Positions 1 through 11,400 of a stretch of 64,000 bases of DNA are shown here, one piece after another. The stretch covers positions 177,438 to 241,437 of the forward strand of contig OZ244993.1 of assembly GCA_965223485.1 (NCBI GenBank), written 5' to 3'. A program made the translations under genes and the position numbers. How positions within the stretch are numbered: the stretch's first letter is position 1; every line of letters starts with the position of its first letter. The notes beneath the pieces are model-generated. The model saw only the letters and a program-made list of their open reading frames with translations, ran no database searches and was not told where the DNA came from. The DNA comes from Rhodothermales bacterium (lineage in GTDB: Bacteria; Bacteroidota; Rhodothermia; Rhodothermales; VXPQ01).

Positions 1-3000
1 CGCCGTATCCGTCGTACTCCCCCGTCCCGTCCAGACGTATGTGTACTCGGAACCTGCCGGAGCACCGGACGCCGCGCAGTCCAGAGCGAAGTCCGCAGAT
101 CCCTCGTACACAGAACCGGGATCCGCGCACGTAACCGTGATAACCGGCCTGTTCAACACGGTTACGGTAATATCTTCGGTAACGTCAGCAACCCCGCTGG
201 CCGACAGCGTCACCGTGTAGTCGTAGTCCGTGTCCGCATCTACGTTGTCCGGGACATCGAACATCGGTGCAAGGATAGCCGTGCCGATCAGGTCGTTCGT
301 ATCCGATGTGCTGCCTCGGGGCGCCCACGAATACGCCGCGTCCGAAGGCGCGTTCGTCACCGAACAATCCAGCGTAATATCGGCCGCACCCTCGTATACC
401 GCGGTATCGTTACACGTAACAAAAGGACGCGGCGCATCCGTGTGCAGCACCGTCACTGTAACCTCGGCCCTGCCGTCTTCCGCATTCTCCGCACTCGCCG
501 TTACCGTGTACGTATACGTCGTGTCTTGCGGTACATCGTAAGGCACGTCGAATGTCGGCGTTGCCGTATCGTGATCCGTAAGACGATCGGTCGGAGACCA
601 TAACCACGTATACGAAGAGCCGCTCGGAGCGCCCGACGCCTCGCACTCCAGTTCAATGTCGGCCGAGCCCTCGTACACGGGATCGGGATCCGCGCACGTA
701 ACAGCGATTGCAGGCCTTGGCAGTACTCTTATCGTAATATCCTGGCTCGCGTACAAGTCTACCGTTAGCGGCGCACATCCCCCCGGACATCGGCCTCTCC
801 AAACCCCCAGAGTGTACTTGTAGGTCGTAGCGCTATTCACTGTTGCAGGCATGCGGAACGTCCCCGACCCGTATCCGGTAACGGTCAATCCCTGCGGCCT
901 CGGCCACCCCGTCGGCCATCCCCCGCTGCTGGAGATGGTATGGGGAAGGCCATCGGGGGTCCAGGCCGCCCACAACCACCGGAAGATGCCACCACCCGAC
1001 CTGCTCGAGAGTCTGCAACTCAATTCAATGTCGTCCGATCCGGCGTGCCTTTCAAAATAGGTTCCGTCACAAACCATCTCGCCGGGAAGACCCCTGTCGA
1101 GCACTGTCACCGTCACATCTTCCCTTGCCGATTTCGCGTTCTCCGCCGAGACGGTCAGCCTGTACTCGTACGTCACGTTTCTCGTAATAAAGGGCGGCGC
1201 TCTGAAGGTAGGCGAAGAAATGTCCGTCGCGCTAAGGCGCTGAATGTGCCAATTGTCCGGCGGACTCCCCCGGGCCGTCCAGACATAGTCGTAGGCGGAA
1301 CCCGAAGGCGCGCCCGACGCCGAGCAGTCCAGCGTGGTGTACCCCGAACCCTCGTACACCTCGTACGGATTGCCGGCGCAATCTACGTCGATCGCAGGCT
1401 TGTTCAGTACGGTTACCGTAACGTCTTCGCTGGCCTGCTCGACGCCGCCGACCGACAGCGTCACCGTGTATTCGTAGTCCGTGTTTGCACTTACACTAAC
1501 CGGCACGGCAAATGTGGGGGTAATGCCGTCCGTACCGCTCAACCGATCGGCGACGTCCGTGCCCGTCCAGCTGTACGCAGCATCCGACGGCGCGTTCGTC
1601 ACCGAACAGTCCAGCGTAATATCGTCCGCACCCTCGTACACCTCGCTATCTGCGCATGTGAGCGAAGGATCCCTATCCCGCACGATCACAGTAACGTCCG
1701 CCGAAGCAGACTCTGCATTCTCGGCGCTTACCGTCAGCGTGTAGTAGTACGTCTCTTCCTTTGCAACTTCATCCGGCACATAGAACGTCGGGGAAGCGAT
1801 GTCCGCAGCGCTCAAGTACGCCGGATCCGGCGTATCGCCACCCTCCGTCCAGACGTACGTATACTGTGGGCTGTCGCCCGGAGCCCCCGACGCCAGACAG
1901 CCCATCTCGAAATCCGGATCGCCCTCGTAGGTATACCACAAGTACTGGAGGAACGCAGCAAACCCATCGGTAGGCTTCGCACATGTGATCCTCAACGCTT
2001 CCTTGTTCAGCACCGTCACCATTACATCGGCGGTTACATCATCGATCCCGGCGGCCGACAGCGTCACCGTGTAATCATAGTCCGTGTCTGCGCTTGCACT
2101 ACCAGGCACGACAAACGTCGGAGTGAGACTACTCGTGTCCGTCAACCGATCGGCGACGTCCGTGCCCGTCCAACTGTACGCAGCATCCGACGGCGCGTTC
2201 GTCACCGTACAGTCCAGCGTAAAACCGGCCGCACCCTCGTAGACCTCGGAATCATTGCAGGTGATGGAGGGAGGAGGCGCCGTATCCGTGTCGAGCACCG
2301 TCACCGTAACGTTGGCGGTCTCATCGTCCGCATTCTCCGCCGTAGCCGTCACCGCGTACGTATACGTCGTGTCTTGCTCTACACTGCCAGGTACAGCGAA
2401 CGTGGGCGTACCCGTATCGTGATCCGTAAGACGGGTATTCGGAGACCATGACCACGTATATGAAGAGCCCCTCGGAGCCCCCGACGCCTCGCACTCCAGT
2501 TCAATGTCGGCCGATCCCTCGTACACCTCGTAGGAGCTTTCGCACATGACCGTTATATCTATGTCCCACACTATCAGATCAACCCACGCTACAGCGTCAT
2601 CCGCGTTCGCGGCGCTCACGGTCAGCGTATACGAGTACCTCTCGTCCTCGTCCACCGCATCCGGTACGTCAAACGTCGGAACTTCTATGTCCGCCGCGCT
2701 GAGCAGCGCCGTATCCGGCGTACCGTTCCGAGCCGTCCATGCGTACGTGTAACCGACAGGCCCTCCTTCCCATCCGCTTGCACAAGCGCGTAGTGGATAA
2801 TCCCGGCTGCCTTCAACAAGACCTAATGTTGTTAGAAAATGGCTTAACATTCCGGGTACTGACGGGCAATAGATATCCGGCTTCTCCAATACCGTTACGG
2901 TAACGTCTTCGCTGGCCTGCTCGACGCCGCCGACCGTCATCGTCACCGTGTAGTAATAGTCCTTATCCGCCTCGTCCGGCTCGTCGATATCGCCCGGCGC

Positions 3001-5433
3001 CGAAAATGTGGGAGTAATGCCGTCCGTACCGCTCAACCGATCGGCGACGTCCGTGCCCGTCCAGCTGTACGCAGCATCCGACGGCGCGTTCGTCACCGAA
3101 CAGTCCAGCGTAATATCGTCCGCACCCTCGTACACCTCGCTATCTGCGCATGTAAGCGAAAGGGGCACCTTTATCTGAGTCTGCACCGAAGCGTCGTCCG
3201 CGTTCTCTGCGCTCACTGTCAGCATATACGAGTAATACGAGTACGTCCCGATGACGAGGTCGCTCTCTACCTCGTCCGGCACGTAAAACGTCGGAACTTC
3301 TATGTTCGCCGCGCTAAGCAGGTCGGTGTTCGCCGTGCCGAGGGAGGACAAAGCCGTCCATGCGTACGCGTAAACGGCGCCAGCGCCCGGGGCGCCTGTC
3401 CATACACCGTACGGACAAAAGCGTAATGGAAACTCCCGGGTACTTTCATGCAAGGTGAATACAACTACTACTCTTCTCGGTGCAGAACAATAGATATCCG
3501 GCTTCTCCAGCACGGTCACCATAACGTCCTCGCTGGCCTGCTCGACGCCTCCGGCGGTCATCGTCACCGTATACTCGTAGTCCTTATTCGCACCGTCCAC
3601 CTCATCGATATCGCCCGGCGGCGCGAACGTCGGTTGCAGAATAGTCGTACTGCTCAGGTCGTTCGTATTCGATGTACTGCCCCGCACCGCCCACGCGTAC
3701 GTAGCGCCTGTCGGCTCGTTCGCCACCGAACAGTCCAGCGTAATATCGTCCGCACCCTCGTAGACCTCGGAATCATTGCAGGTGATGGAGGGAGGAGGCG
3801 CCGTATCCGTGTCGAGCACCGTCACCCTAACCTCGGTAGCGCCGTCGTCTGCATTCTCCGCGCTCGCCGTTACCGTGTACGTCCAGGTCGTATTCCGGTC
3901 TACATCGTCCGGCGCGTCGAACGTGGGCGTAGCCGTATTGCGACCCGTCAGATCGTCGGTCGGTGACCATGACCACGTATAGTCCGGATCGTCCCCCGGC
4001 GCGCCCGACGCAGAGCAGTCAAACTCAATATCGTCTGCGCCCTCGTCAACATCATCAGGATCCTCGCATGTAATCGTGATCGCAGGCTTGTTCTTCACCG
4101 TTACCGCGACATCGGCGCTGGCGCGCAGGGTGTACGCAAGAAGGCCATCGCCCCGCGAAGTATACAATGCTACCGTGTATTCATACATCTCGTTCTGATT
4201 CACCAAATCAGGTACGTCGAAGGTTATTCTGTAATACGATGGATTCTTCAATCTGGGCGTGGGCGCTGCCGAAGCAGGTGGGAGAATCTGCTCGCCACGA
4301 CGCGACCATCTTACGAAATTGTTGCCTGCCGGCTGATCATGAATCGAGCAATTAATTCCAAGATCGCTTGCTCCCTCGTACACCTCGTAGGGACTATCCG
4401 AACAAGTGATGCCGGGATCAAGCATATACCCCGAAACTTCTTCTTCGCCGACGACCCTGACCGTCACTCTTCTGCGCGCCGTGCGGGGCGTCCCCGAAGC
4501 CTGCGACGTCATGCTCGCTATGTAATGGTACTCCTCGCCCGCACTGCCCGCAGGAGCCGTAAACAGCGCAGACGACATATCCGTCGCATCCAGAAGCGAC
4601 GTGCTCGCGCCCCAAAGGCCCTCCCACAACCATTCGATCGACGCCCCGTCCTCGTCGTAGTCCATACGATGCGACAGCGGATCCGCCCCCTCGCAATCGA
4701 GCGAAACAGCCGAACCCTCCTCAACCGCTACCTCCAGGGGACAATACACGCTCGGACGACTGCCCGATACGTACACCTCCACTTCCCGCCACGACGAAAG
4801 ACCCGTAGCACGAGACGTCGCCGTCAAACGGTACCGGTAAAGAAACGTCGTCTCCCCCGAATAAAACGACTCCAGCGTCTCGTACGCCGGAGCCTCCGGA
4901 GCCACTACCGACGGGTTCGGCGCATCCTCGGGCGTCAACCTCGGATTGTTCAGATAGTCCCGCGTCGTACTTCCCACAGGCTCCCACGAATACTCCAGGT
5001 GTTCCTCTCCCGAAGCGTCCCATGCATGACACTCGACCTGTCCCGTCTCGAGCTCCTCCAGAAAAACAGCCACGGGACACTCCAGACGAGGAGGCGTCCG
5101 CCAGGCGGGACCGGAAGGCTCGCCCGGGCGCGCTTCTCCTTCCGGACCGAATCCGAAAGGATCCGGCGTCTTCTCCCGAGGCGCGCAGCTTTCCCCGAAC
5201 TCGCCGGGAACCGTAAAAGGATCGCATTCCTCCTGCACAACGGGCGCCCAGGCCGATTCCTCCGCAACGCCGCCCTTTACCGGAAAACCCTCTTCCCGGA
5301 TAACCTGACCCTGCGCCGAAGAAACGCAGAGCAGCGCCCCAACGGCAAGCACGCACGCCAGACGCCGAAACGCGATGGCGTTGCAGAAACTGCGATCGCC
5401 GTCAAACAGGATAACGGGGCGGGGATCGTTCAT
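1..5433 (-). CDS. Giant secreted Ig/PKD-like repeat protein, paralog D. Partial: the 3' end runs off the left edge, with >1,810 codons in the window.
   Basis: The minus-strand frame from the ATG at 5433 appears open to position 1: the track lists no ORF fragments in that frame. Spot translations fit the family, e.g. 781-900 gives RPQGLTVTGYGSGTFRMPATVNSATTYKYTL. The N-terminus MNDPRPVILFDGDRSFCNAIAFRRLACVLAVGALLCVSSAQG/QVIREEGFPVKGG is collinear with paralog B. The body is successive ~98-aa modules (C-x16-C ... YxYxW ... PTFxVP ... YxYxLTVS ... VTVTVL). Confidence 0.8.
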   Translation of the reverse strand, partial: MNDPRPVILFDGDRSFCNAIAFRRLACVLAVGALLCVSSAQGQVIREEGFPVKGGVAEESAWAPVVQEECDPFTVPGEFGESCAPREKTPDPFGFGPEGEARPGEPSGPAWRTPPRLECPVAVFLEELETGQVECHAWDASGEEHLEYSWEPVGSTTRDYLNNPRLTPEDAPNPSVVAPEAPAYETLESFYSGETTFLYRYRLTATSRATGLSSWREVEVYVSGSRPSVYCPLEVAVEEGSAVSLDCEGADPLSHRMDYDEDGASIEWLWEGLWGASTSLLDATDMSSALFTAPAGSAGEEYHYIASMTSQASGTPRTARRRVTVRVVGEEEVSGYMLDPGITCSDSPYEVYEGASDLGINCSIHDQPAGNNFVRWSRRGEQILPPASAAPTPRLKNPSYYRITFDVPDLVNQNEMYEYTVALYTSRGDGLLAYTLRASADVAVTVKNKPAITITCEDPDDVDEGADDIEFDCSASGAPGDDPDYTWSWSPTDDLTGRNTATPTFDAPDDVDRNTTWTYTVTASAENADDGATEVRVTVLDTDTAPPPSITCNDSEVYEGADDITLDCSVANEPTGATYAWAVRGSTSNTNDLSSTTILQPTFAPPGDIDEVDGANKDYEYTVTMTAGGVEQASEDVMVTVLEKPDIYCSAPRRVVVVFTLHESTREFPLRFCPYGVWTGAPGAGAVYAYAWTALSSLGTANTDLLSAANIEVPTFYVPDEVESDLVIGTYSYYSYMLTVSAENADDASVQTQIKVPLSLTCADSEVYEGADDITLDCSVTNAPSDAAYSWTGTDVADRLSGTDGITPTFSAPGDIDEPDEADKDYYYTVTMTVGGVEQASEDVTVTVLEKPDIYCPSVPGMLSHFLTTLGLVEGSRDYPLRACASGWEGGPVGYTYAWTARNGTPDTALLSAADIEVPTFDVPDAVDEDERYSYTLTVSAANADDAVAWVDLIVWDIDITVMCESSYEVYEGSADIELECEASGAPRGSSYTWSWSPNTRLTDHDTGTPTFAVPGSVEQDTTYTYAVTATAENADDETANVTVTVLDTDTAPPPSITCNDSEVYEGAAGFTLDCTVTNAPSDAAYSWTGTDVADRLTDTSSLTPTFVVPGSASADTDYDYTVTLSAAGIDDVTADVMVTVLNKEALRITCAKPTDGFAAFLQYLWYTYEGDPDFEMGCLASGAPGDSPQYTYVWTEGGDTPDPAYLSAADIASPTFYVPDEVAKEETYYYTLTVSAENAESASADVTVIVRDRDPSLTCADSEVYEGADDITLDCSVTNAPSDAAYSWTGTDVADRLSGTDGITPTFAVPVSVSANTDYEYTVTLSVGGVEQASEDVTVTVLNKPAIDVDCAGNPYEVYEGSGYTTLDCSASGAPSGSAYDYVWTARGSPPDNWHIQRLSATDISSPTFRAPPFITRNVTYEYRLTVSAENAKSAREDVTVTVLDRGLPGEMVCDGTYFERHAGSDDIELSCRLSSRSGGGIFRWLWAAWTPDGLPHTISSSGGWPTGWPRPQGLTVTGYGSGTFRMPATVNSATTYKYTLGVWRGRCPGGCAPLTVDLYASQDITIRVLPRPAIAVTCADPDPVYEGSADIELECEASGAPSGSSYTWLWSPTDRLTDHDTATPTFDVPYDVPQDTTYTYTVTASAENAEDGRAEVTVTVLHTDAPRPFVTCNDTAVYEGAADITLDCSVTNAPSDAAYSWAPRGSTSDTNDLIGTAILAPMFDVPDNVDADTDYDYTVTLSASGVADVTEDITVTVLNRPVITVTCADPGSVYEGSADFALDCAASGAPAGSEYTYVWTGRGSTTDTA

Positions 5434-5477
5434 CGGATTGGCCTTAAATGGCGATCGACTCTGAGATATCCAACGGT
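5380..5477 (-). other. DCC-gene-derived junction between paralogs C and D: the C-D intergenic 44 bp plus the first 18 codons of D.
   Basis: 5434-5477 and 5380-5433 align base-for-base, with few mismatches, to 25468-25511 and 25414-25467. Those are the spacer after giant B and the first 18 codons of the intact DCC gene. The same block recurs at 30954-31051. Confidence 0.85.
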
Positions 5478-8400
5478 TCATTGCAATGCGCTCTTCGGGG
5501 TTGTTCTCCGTTCTTTTTCCCCGGCGGCCCCTATGTCTCTTCCCGGCGCATTCCACTCAACGGATGTGGGCTCGGGTACTCGACTCGATCCCCAGGGCGC
5601 AAATCGTAAAAACACCACCTCTTCCTCAGGCATACGAGCCAGCGGCACGCGCACGCGGCTGCGCGTGTACACCAGCGTCTCCCGGCGGCCCAGCTCGCGG
5701 CCATCCCCGTCGTACGCCACCACCTCGCCCGCAAAAGGACGATCCTCGGTCTCCAGCAAAAACGTCGCGGACATGGAAACCCCATACGACAACGACAACA
5801 GCGTGGCCCGTAGCTGAGACGCCCCTTCGCCGGGTACGTACACCCCCGGAACGCGCATCGTCACGCGAGCCGTCCTCTCTCCCGTAACCTCCTCCGGCAT
5901 ACGGTCCGAACGCACGTACTGACGAGGAGATGACACCACATCGAAAAACGCCGCGTAGCCCTGCTCCGCCATAGCCGCAAGCGCTCCCTCCTTCACCCCG
6001 TAACGCACCAGACCCTTCTCTCCAGGCTGCAATACCACAACCGCCGGATGTATGTCCACCACCTGGGACAAATCGCCCAGGCGTGAGTCCGAAGCATCCT
6101 CTACTACCACCTCCCGGCCGTCCCTTGTCGCCTCCGTATACCCGAATCGAGCAGACACCGACACCTCCAGCGGAATGAGCGACGGATTCGACAACTCGAA
6201 CACGCCGTGAGGCTTCCCTTCCGTCAAAAACGCAACATCGGGATAGATGCTCAGGTTCTGCTCCTCCGTCAAGCCCGCAGCAAGCTCACGTGATGTGCTG
6301 AAGCGAACCCCTCCGGGGCCTATCGTGATCACACGCTGCGAAGGTACGACCGTCACTTCCACCTCCACCGAGTGCGTCTCTTCGCTCTCGCCCGAACGAA
6401 GAACGATGTCCATACTCCCCGCATACCGCCCCGAAGGCGCGTCCGTAAGGTCCAGTTCGCCTCCGAAGCGAAGAAGGCGGCAGGCGCCCTCCGTAAGCGT
6501 CGCCTCCGTATACAGCCCGCCTATCGCCTGAGAAGAAAGCTGCTCGCACGACTCCGCAAAGGACCAGGAAGGAGAAAGAACGAGCGAAGACGGCTCGGCA
6601 GCGCCCTCACGCTTCAGAAGAACCGGAGAGACAACCTCTATGGACAGGTCCATCTCCCCGTTCTCGTCGAACGATGCGCCGCCGCCCGGCGAAAGCGTCA
6701 TACGGCCTGCATGGTACGGACCCGATACGCGCGTCGATATCTGATCCGTCATCGGATCGAGCGACGCCCGCGTCTGCGCCGACTGCACCCCGAAACGCAA
6801 GGACGATGCGCTTACCGTTACGCCAAGGGCCGTCGGATCCGAAGGCGCCCGTGAGGAAGACCCCGCTACGGGAGGCTCTTCTGCGGGAGGCGAAACAGGA
6901 TCCGGGGCAGGCGTCCGTATCCGGTCGAGCACCGTTACGGTCACCTCCGCCTTCGCATCTTCCGCATTCTCCGCACTGACCGTAAGCAGGTATTCGTACG
7001 TCTCGTCCTCGTCTACCTCATCCGGTACGTAAAACATCGGGGAGGAAACGTCCGCAGCGCTGAGCAGCGACGTATCCGGCGTATCGCCCCGAGCCGTCCA
7101 GGCGTACGTATACTGCGGGTCGTCGCCCGGAGCCCCGGACGCCGAGCAGTCGAACGTGGTATCTTCCGATCCCTCGTATACCGAACCGGGGTCCGCGCAC
7201 GCAATGCTAAGCGCCCCCTTGTTCAGCACCGTCACCGAAACCTCTGCCGCAGCGTCTTCCGCGTTGTCGGCGCTCGCCGTAAGCAGGTATTCGTAGGTCT
7301 CGTCCTCGTCCACTTCGTCCGGTACCGCGAACGTCGGGGACGCAATGTCCGCAGCGCTGAGCAGAGCCGTATCCGGCGTATCGCCCCGAGCCGTCCACGC
7401 GTACGTATACTGCGGATCATCGCCCGGAGCCCCGGACGCCGAGCAGTCGAACGCGATGTCTGCCGATCCCTCGTACACCGGAGAAGGCATCGCGCATACC
7501 ACGCGCAGCGCTCCCACATTCAACACCGTCACCGTCACATCCGCCGAGGCGTCTTCCGCATTCTCTGCCGAGACGGTCAGCGTGTATTCGTACGTCTCGT
7601 CCTCGTCTACCTCATCCGGTACGTAGAACATCGGGGAGGAAACGTCCACAGCGCTGAGCAGCGACGTATCCGGCGTATCGCCCTGCGCCTCCCATGTATA
7701 ATTGTAGGTGGAACCAGCCGGAGCCCCGGACGCCGAACAGTCGAATGCAACGTCCTCCGAGCCCTCGTACACCGAACCGGGATCCGCGCACACGAGCGCA
7801 AGCGTACCCTTGTTCAGCACCGTCACGGTAACGTCCTCTGTCACAGACTCCGCATTGTCGGCGCTTACCGTCAGCGTGTATTCGTACGTCTCGTCCTCGT
7901 CCACCTCCTCCGGCACGTCGAATGTCGGGGCGGGACCGTCCGCACCGGCAATAAGCAGGTTCGTGTTCGCCGTACCGTTCCTGGCCGTCCACTCATATTC
8001 GTAGGTGGAACCCCCGGGAGCGCCCGAAGCCGTGCAGTCGAATGCAATGTCCTCAGATCCCTCGTAGACCGAACCGGGGTCCGCGCACACGAGCGCAAGC
8101 GCACCCTTGTTCAGCACCGTTACGGTTACCGCCGCCGCAGCGTCTTCCGCGTTGTCCGCCGATACCGTCAGCGTGTATTCGTAGGTCTCGTCCTCGTCTA
8201 CCTCATCCGGTACGTAAAACATCGGGGAGGAAACGTCCGCAGCGCTGAGCAGGGCCGTATCCGGCGTATCGCCCCGAGCCGCCCAGGCGTACGTATACTG
8301 CGGGTCGTCGCCCGGAGCCCCGGACGCCGAGCAGTCGAACGCGAAGTCTTCCGAGCCTTCGTATACCGAACCGGGGTCCGCACACGCAAGCGCAAGAGCG

Positions 8401-11400
8401 CCCTTGTTCAGCACCTTCACCCTAACGAGCGCCACCGCAGACTCCGCATTCTCAGCGCTCACCCTCAACCTGTACTCGTAGGTTGTCGTTTGCGGCACGT
8501 CGTCCGGCACATGGAACGTCGGCGACGCTATGTCCGTCGCGCTCAAGAGACCCGTGTCCGGCTTGCCGCCCTGAGCTATCCACGAGTACACGTAGGCGGA
8601 ACCCCCGGGAGCGCCCGAAGCCTCGCAGTCGAACGCAACGTCCTCCGATCCCTCGTACACCGAACCGGGATCCGCGCACACGAGCGCAAGAGCGCCCTTG
8701 TTCAGCACCTTCACCCTAACGAGCGCCACCGCAGACTCCGCATTCTCAGCGCTCACCCTCAACCTGTACTCGTAGGTTGTCGTTTGCGGCACGTCGTCCG
8801 GCACATGGAACGTCGGCGACGCTATGTCCGTCGCGCTCAAGAGACCCGTGTCCGGCTTGCCGCCCTGAGCTATCCACGAGTACACGTAGGCGGAACCCCC
8901 GGGAGCGCCCGAAGCCGCGCAATCCAGAGCGAAGTCCTCCGAGCCCTCGTAGACCGAACCGGGGTCCGCACACGCAAGCGCAAGAGCGCCCTTGTTCAGC
9001 ACCTTCACGGTAACGTCGGCGCTGGCGGGATCCGCATTCTCCGCCGAGACGGTCAGCGTGTATTCGTACGTTGTCGTCGCATCTACCTCCTCCGGCACGT
9101 CGAATGTCGGGGCGGGACCGTCCGCACCGGCAATAAGCAGGTCCGTGTTCGCCGTACCGTTCCTGGCCGTCCACTCATATTCGTAGGCGGAACCTGCCGG
9201 AGCGCCCGAAACCGCGCAATCCAGAGCGAAATCCTCCGATCCCTCGTACACCGAACCCGGATCCGTGCATATAACGGCAAGCGCACCCCGGTTCAAAACC
9301 GTCACGGTCACCTCTGCCGTAGCGTCCTCCGCATTCTCCGCCGAGACGGTCAGCGTGTATTCGTACGTTGTCGTCGCATCTACCTCCTCCGGCACGGCAA
9401 ACACCGGGGAAGCAATGTCCGCCCTGCCAAGCATATCCGTATTTGTCGTAGAGCCTCTGGCCGTCCAGGCGTATCCGTAGGTAGAACCCCCAGGCGCGCC
9501 CGAAGCCGTGCAGTCCAACGCGAAGTCCTCCGAACCTTCGTACACCAAGGGGGGCGATGCGCAAACGAGCGCAATGGAGCCAAGGTTAAGCACCGTCACG
9601 GTCACCTCCGCCGAAGCGGACTCCGCATTCTCCGCGCTCGCCGTAAGCAGGTACTCGTACGTCGTCGTCTCGTCCAACGCATCCGGCACGTAGAACGTCG
9701 GAGAAGGTATGTCCGCGGTACTCAATCGGGACGTGTTCGGCGTCGCGCCTATGGCTGTCCACTCGTACGCATAATCGACGTTGTCTCCCGTATCCCCTGA
9801 GATCGAGCAGTCCAACGCGAAGTCCGCCGAACCTTCGTACACCAGGGGAGGCGATGCGCAAACGAGCGCAATGGATCCGAGGTTAAGCACCTTCACCGTC
9901 ACCTCCGCCCTTGCGGACTCCGCATTCTCCGCCGAAACCGTCAAAAGGTACTCGTACGTTTCGTCCTCGTCCACTTCCCCCGGCACGTCGAATGTCGGGG
10001 CGGGACCGTCCGCACCGGCAATAAGCAGGTCCGTGTTCGCCGTACCGTTCCTGGCCGTCCACTCATATTCGTAGGCGGAACCCCCGGGAGCGCCCGAAGC
10101 CGCGCAGTCGAATGCAATGTCCTCAGATCCCTCGTAGACCGAACCGGGGTCCGCACACGCAAGCGCAAGAGCGCCCTTGTTCAGCACCGTCACGGTAACG
10201 TCGGCGCTGGCGGGATCCGCATTCTCCGCCGAGACGGTCAGCGTGTATTCATACGTCTCGTCTTCGTCCACTTCTTCCGGTACGGCAAACGTCGGAGAAG
10301 GATCGTCCGTATTGCTTAAAAGCGACAGGTCAGGAGTCGCGCCCCGAGGCTCCCAAACGTATGTATAGATAGAACCCGCAGGAGCGCCCGACGCCGCGCC
10401 GCAATTCAACGGGAAATTCGCCGACCCCTCGTACACCGGAGCCGGGTCCATACATACCACCGAGAGAGATTCCTTGTTAAGTACTGTCACCGTAATCCCT
10501 GCCGTCTCAGAATCCGCATTGTCGGCGCTCACCGTCAGCGTGTAGTCGTATGTTTTGTCACTATCTATCTCTTCCGGTACATCGAACGTCGGCTTCGCAA
10601 TAGTCGTACTGCTCAGCCTGCCCGGGACCACGGTACTGCCGCGTCCCGTCCATACGTAGTTGTAGTTGTCAGTACCCGAAGGATCGCCCGACGCCGAACA
10701 GTCCAACGCAAAGTCCTCCGATCCCTCGTACACCAGAGGATAAAATTGGCAGGCTATGATCACATTCGGCTTCTCCAGCACGGTTACGGTAACGTCTTCG
10801 CTGGCCTGCTCGACGCCGCCGACCGTCATTGTAACCGTGTACTCGTAGTCCTTATTCGCTTCGCCCGGCTGATCGATATCGTACGGCGCCGCAAATGTGG
10901 GAGTAATGCCGTCCGTACCGCTCAACCGATTGCCAATATCCGTACCGGTCCACGCGTACGTAGCGCCCGGCGGCTCGTTCGCCACCGAACAGTCCAGCGT
11001 AATATCGGCCGTCCCCTCGTATACCTCCGAATCCGAACAAGTGACAACAGGTGCAGGCGTGTCCGTGTCAAGCACAAGTACCGCAACCGGCTCCGAAGCG
11101 TCATCCGCGTTCTCTGCGCTTACCGTCAGCGTATATTCGTATGTTTCGTCGCTGTCCACCTCCTCCGGTACCTCGAACGTCGGCTTCTCAACGGTCGTAC
11201 TACTCAACCTGCTCGTGTCGCCGCCGCCCCGCGCCGTCCATTCGTACGCGTAGTCGGAACCCGCAGGAGCACCCGACGCCGAACAGTCCAACGCGAAGTC
11301 CTCCGAGCCCTCGTACACCGGAGAAGGCGTCGCACACGCAAGCGCAAGAGCGCCCTTGTTCAGCACGGTTACGGTAACGTCATCGCGGGCCTGCTCGAAG

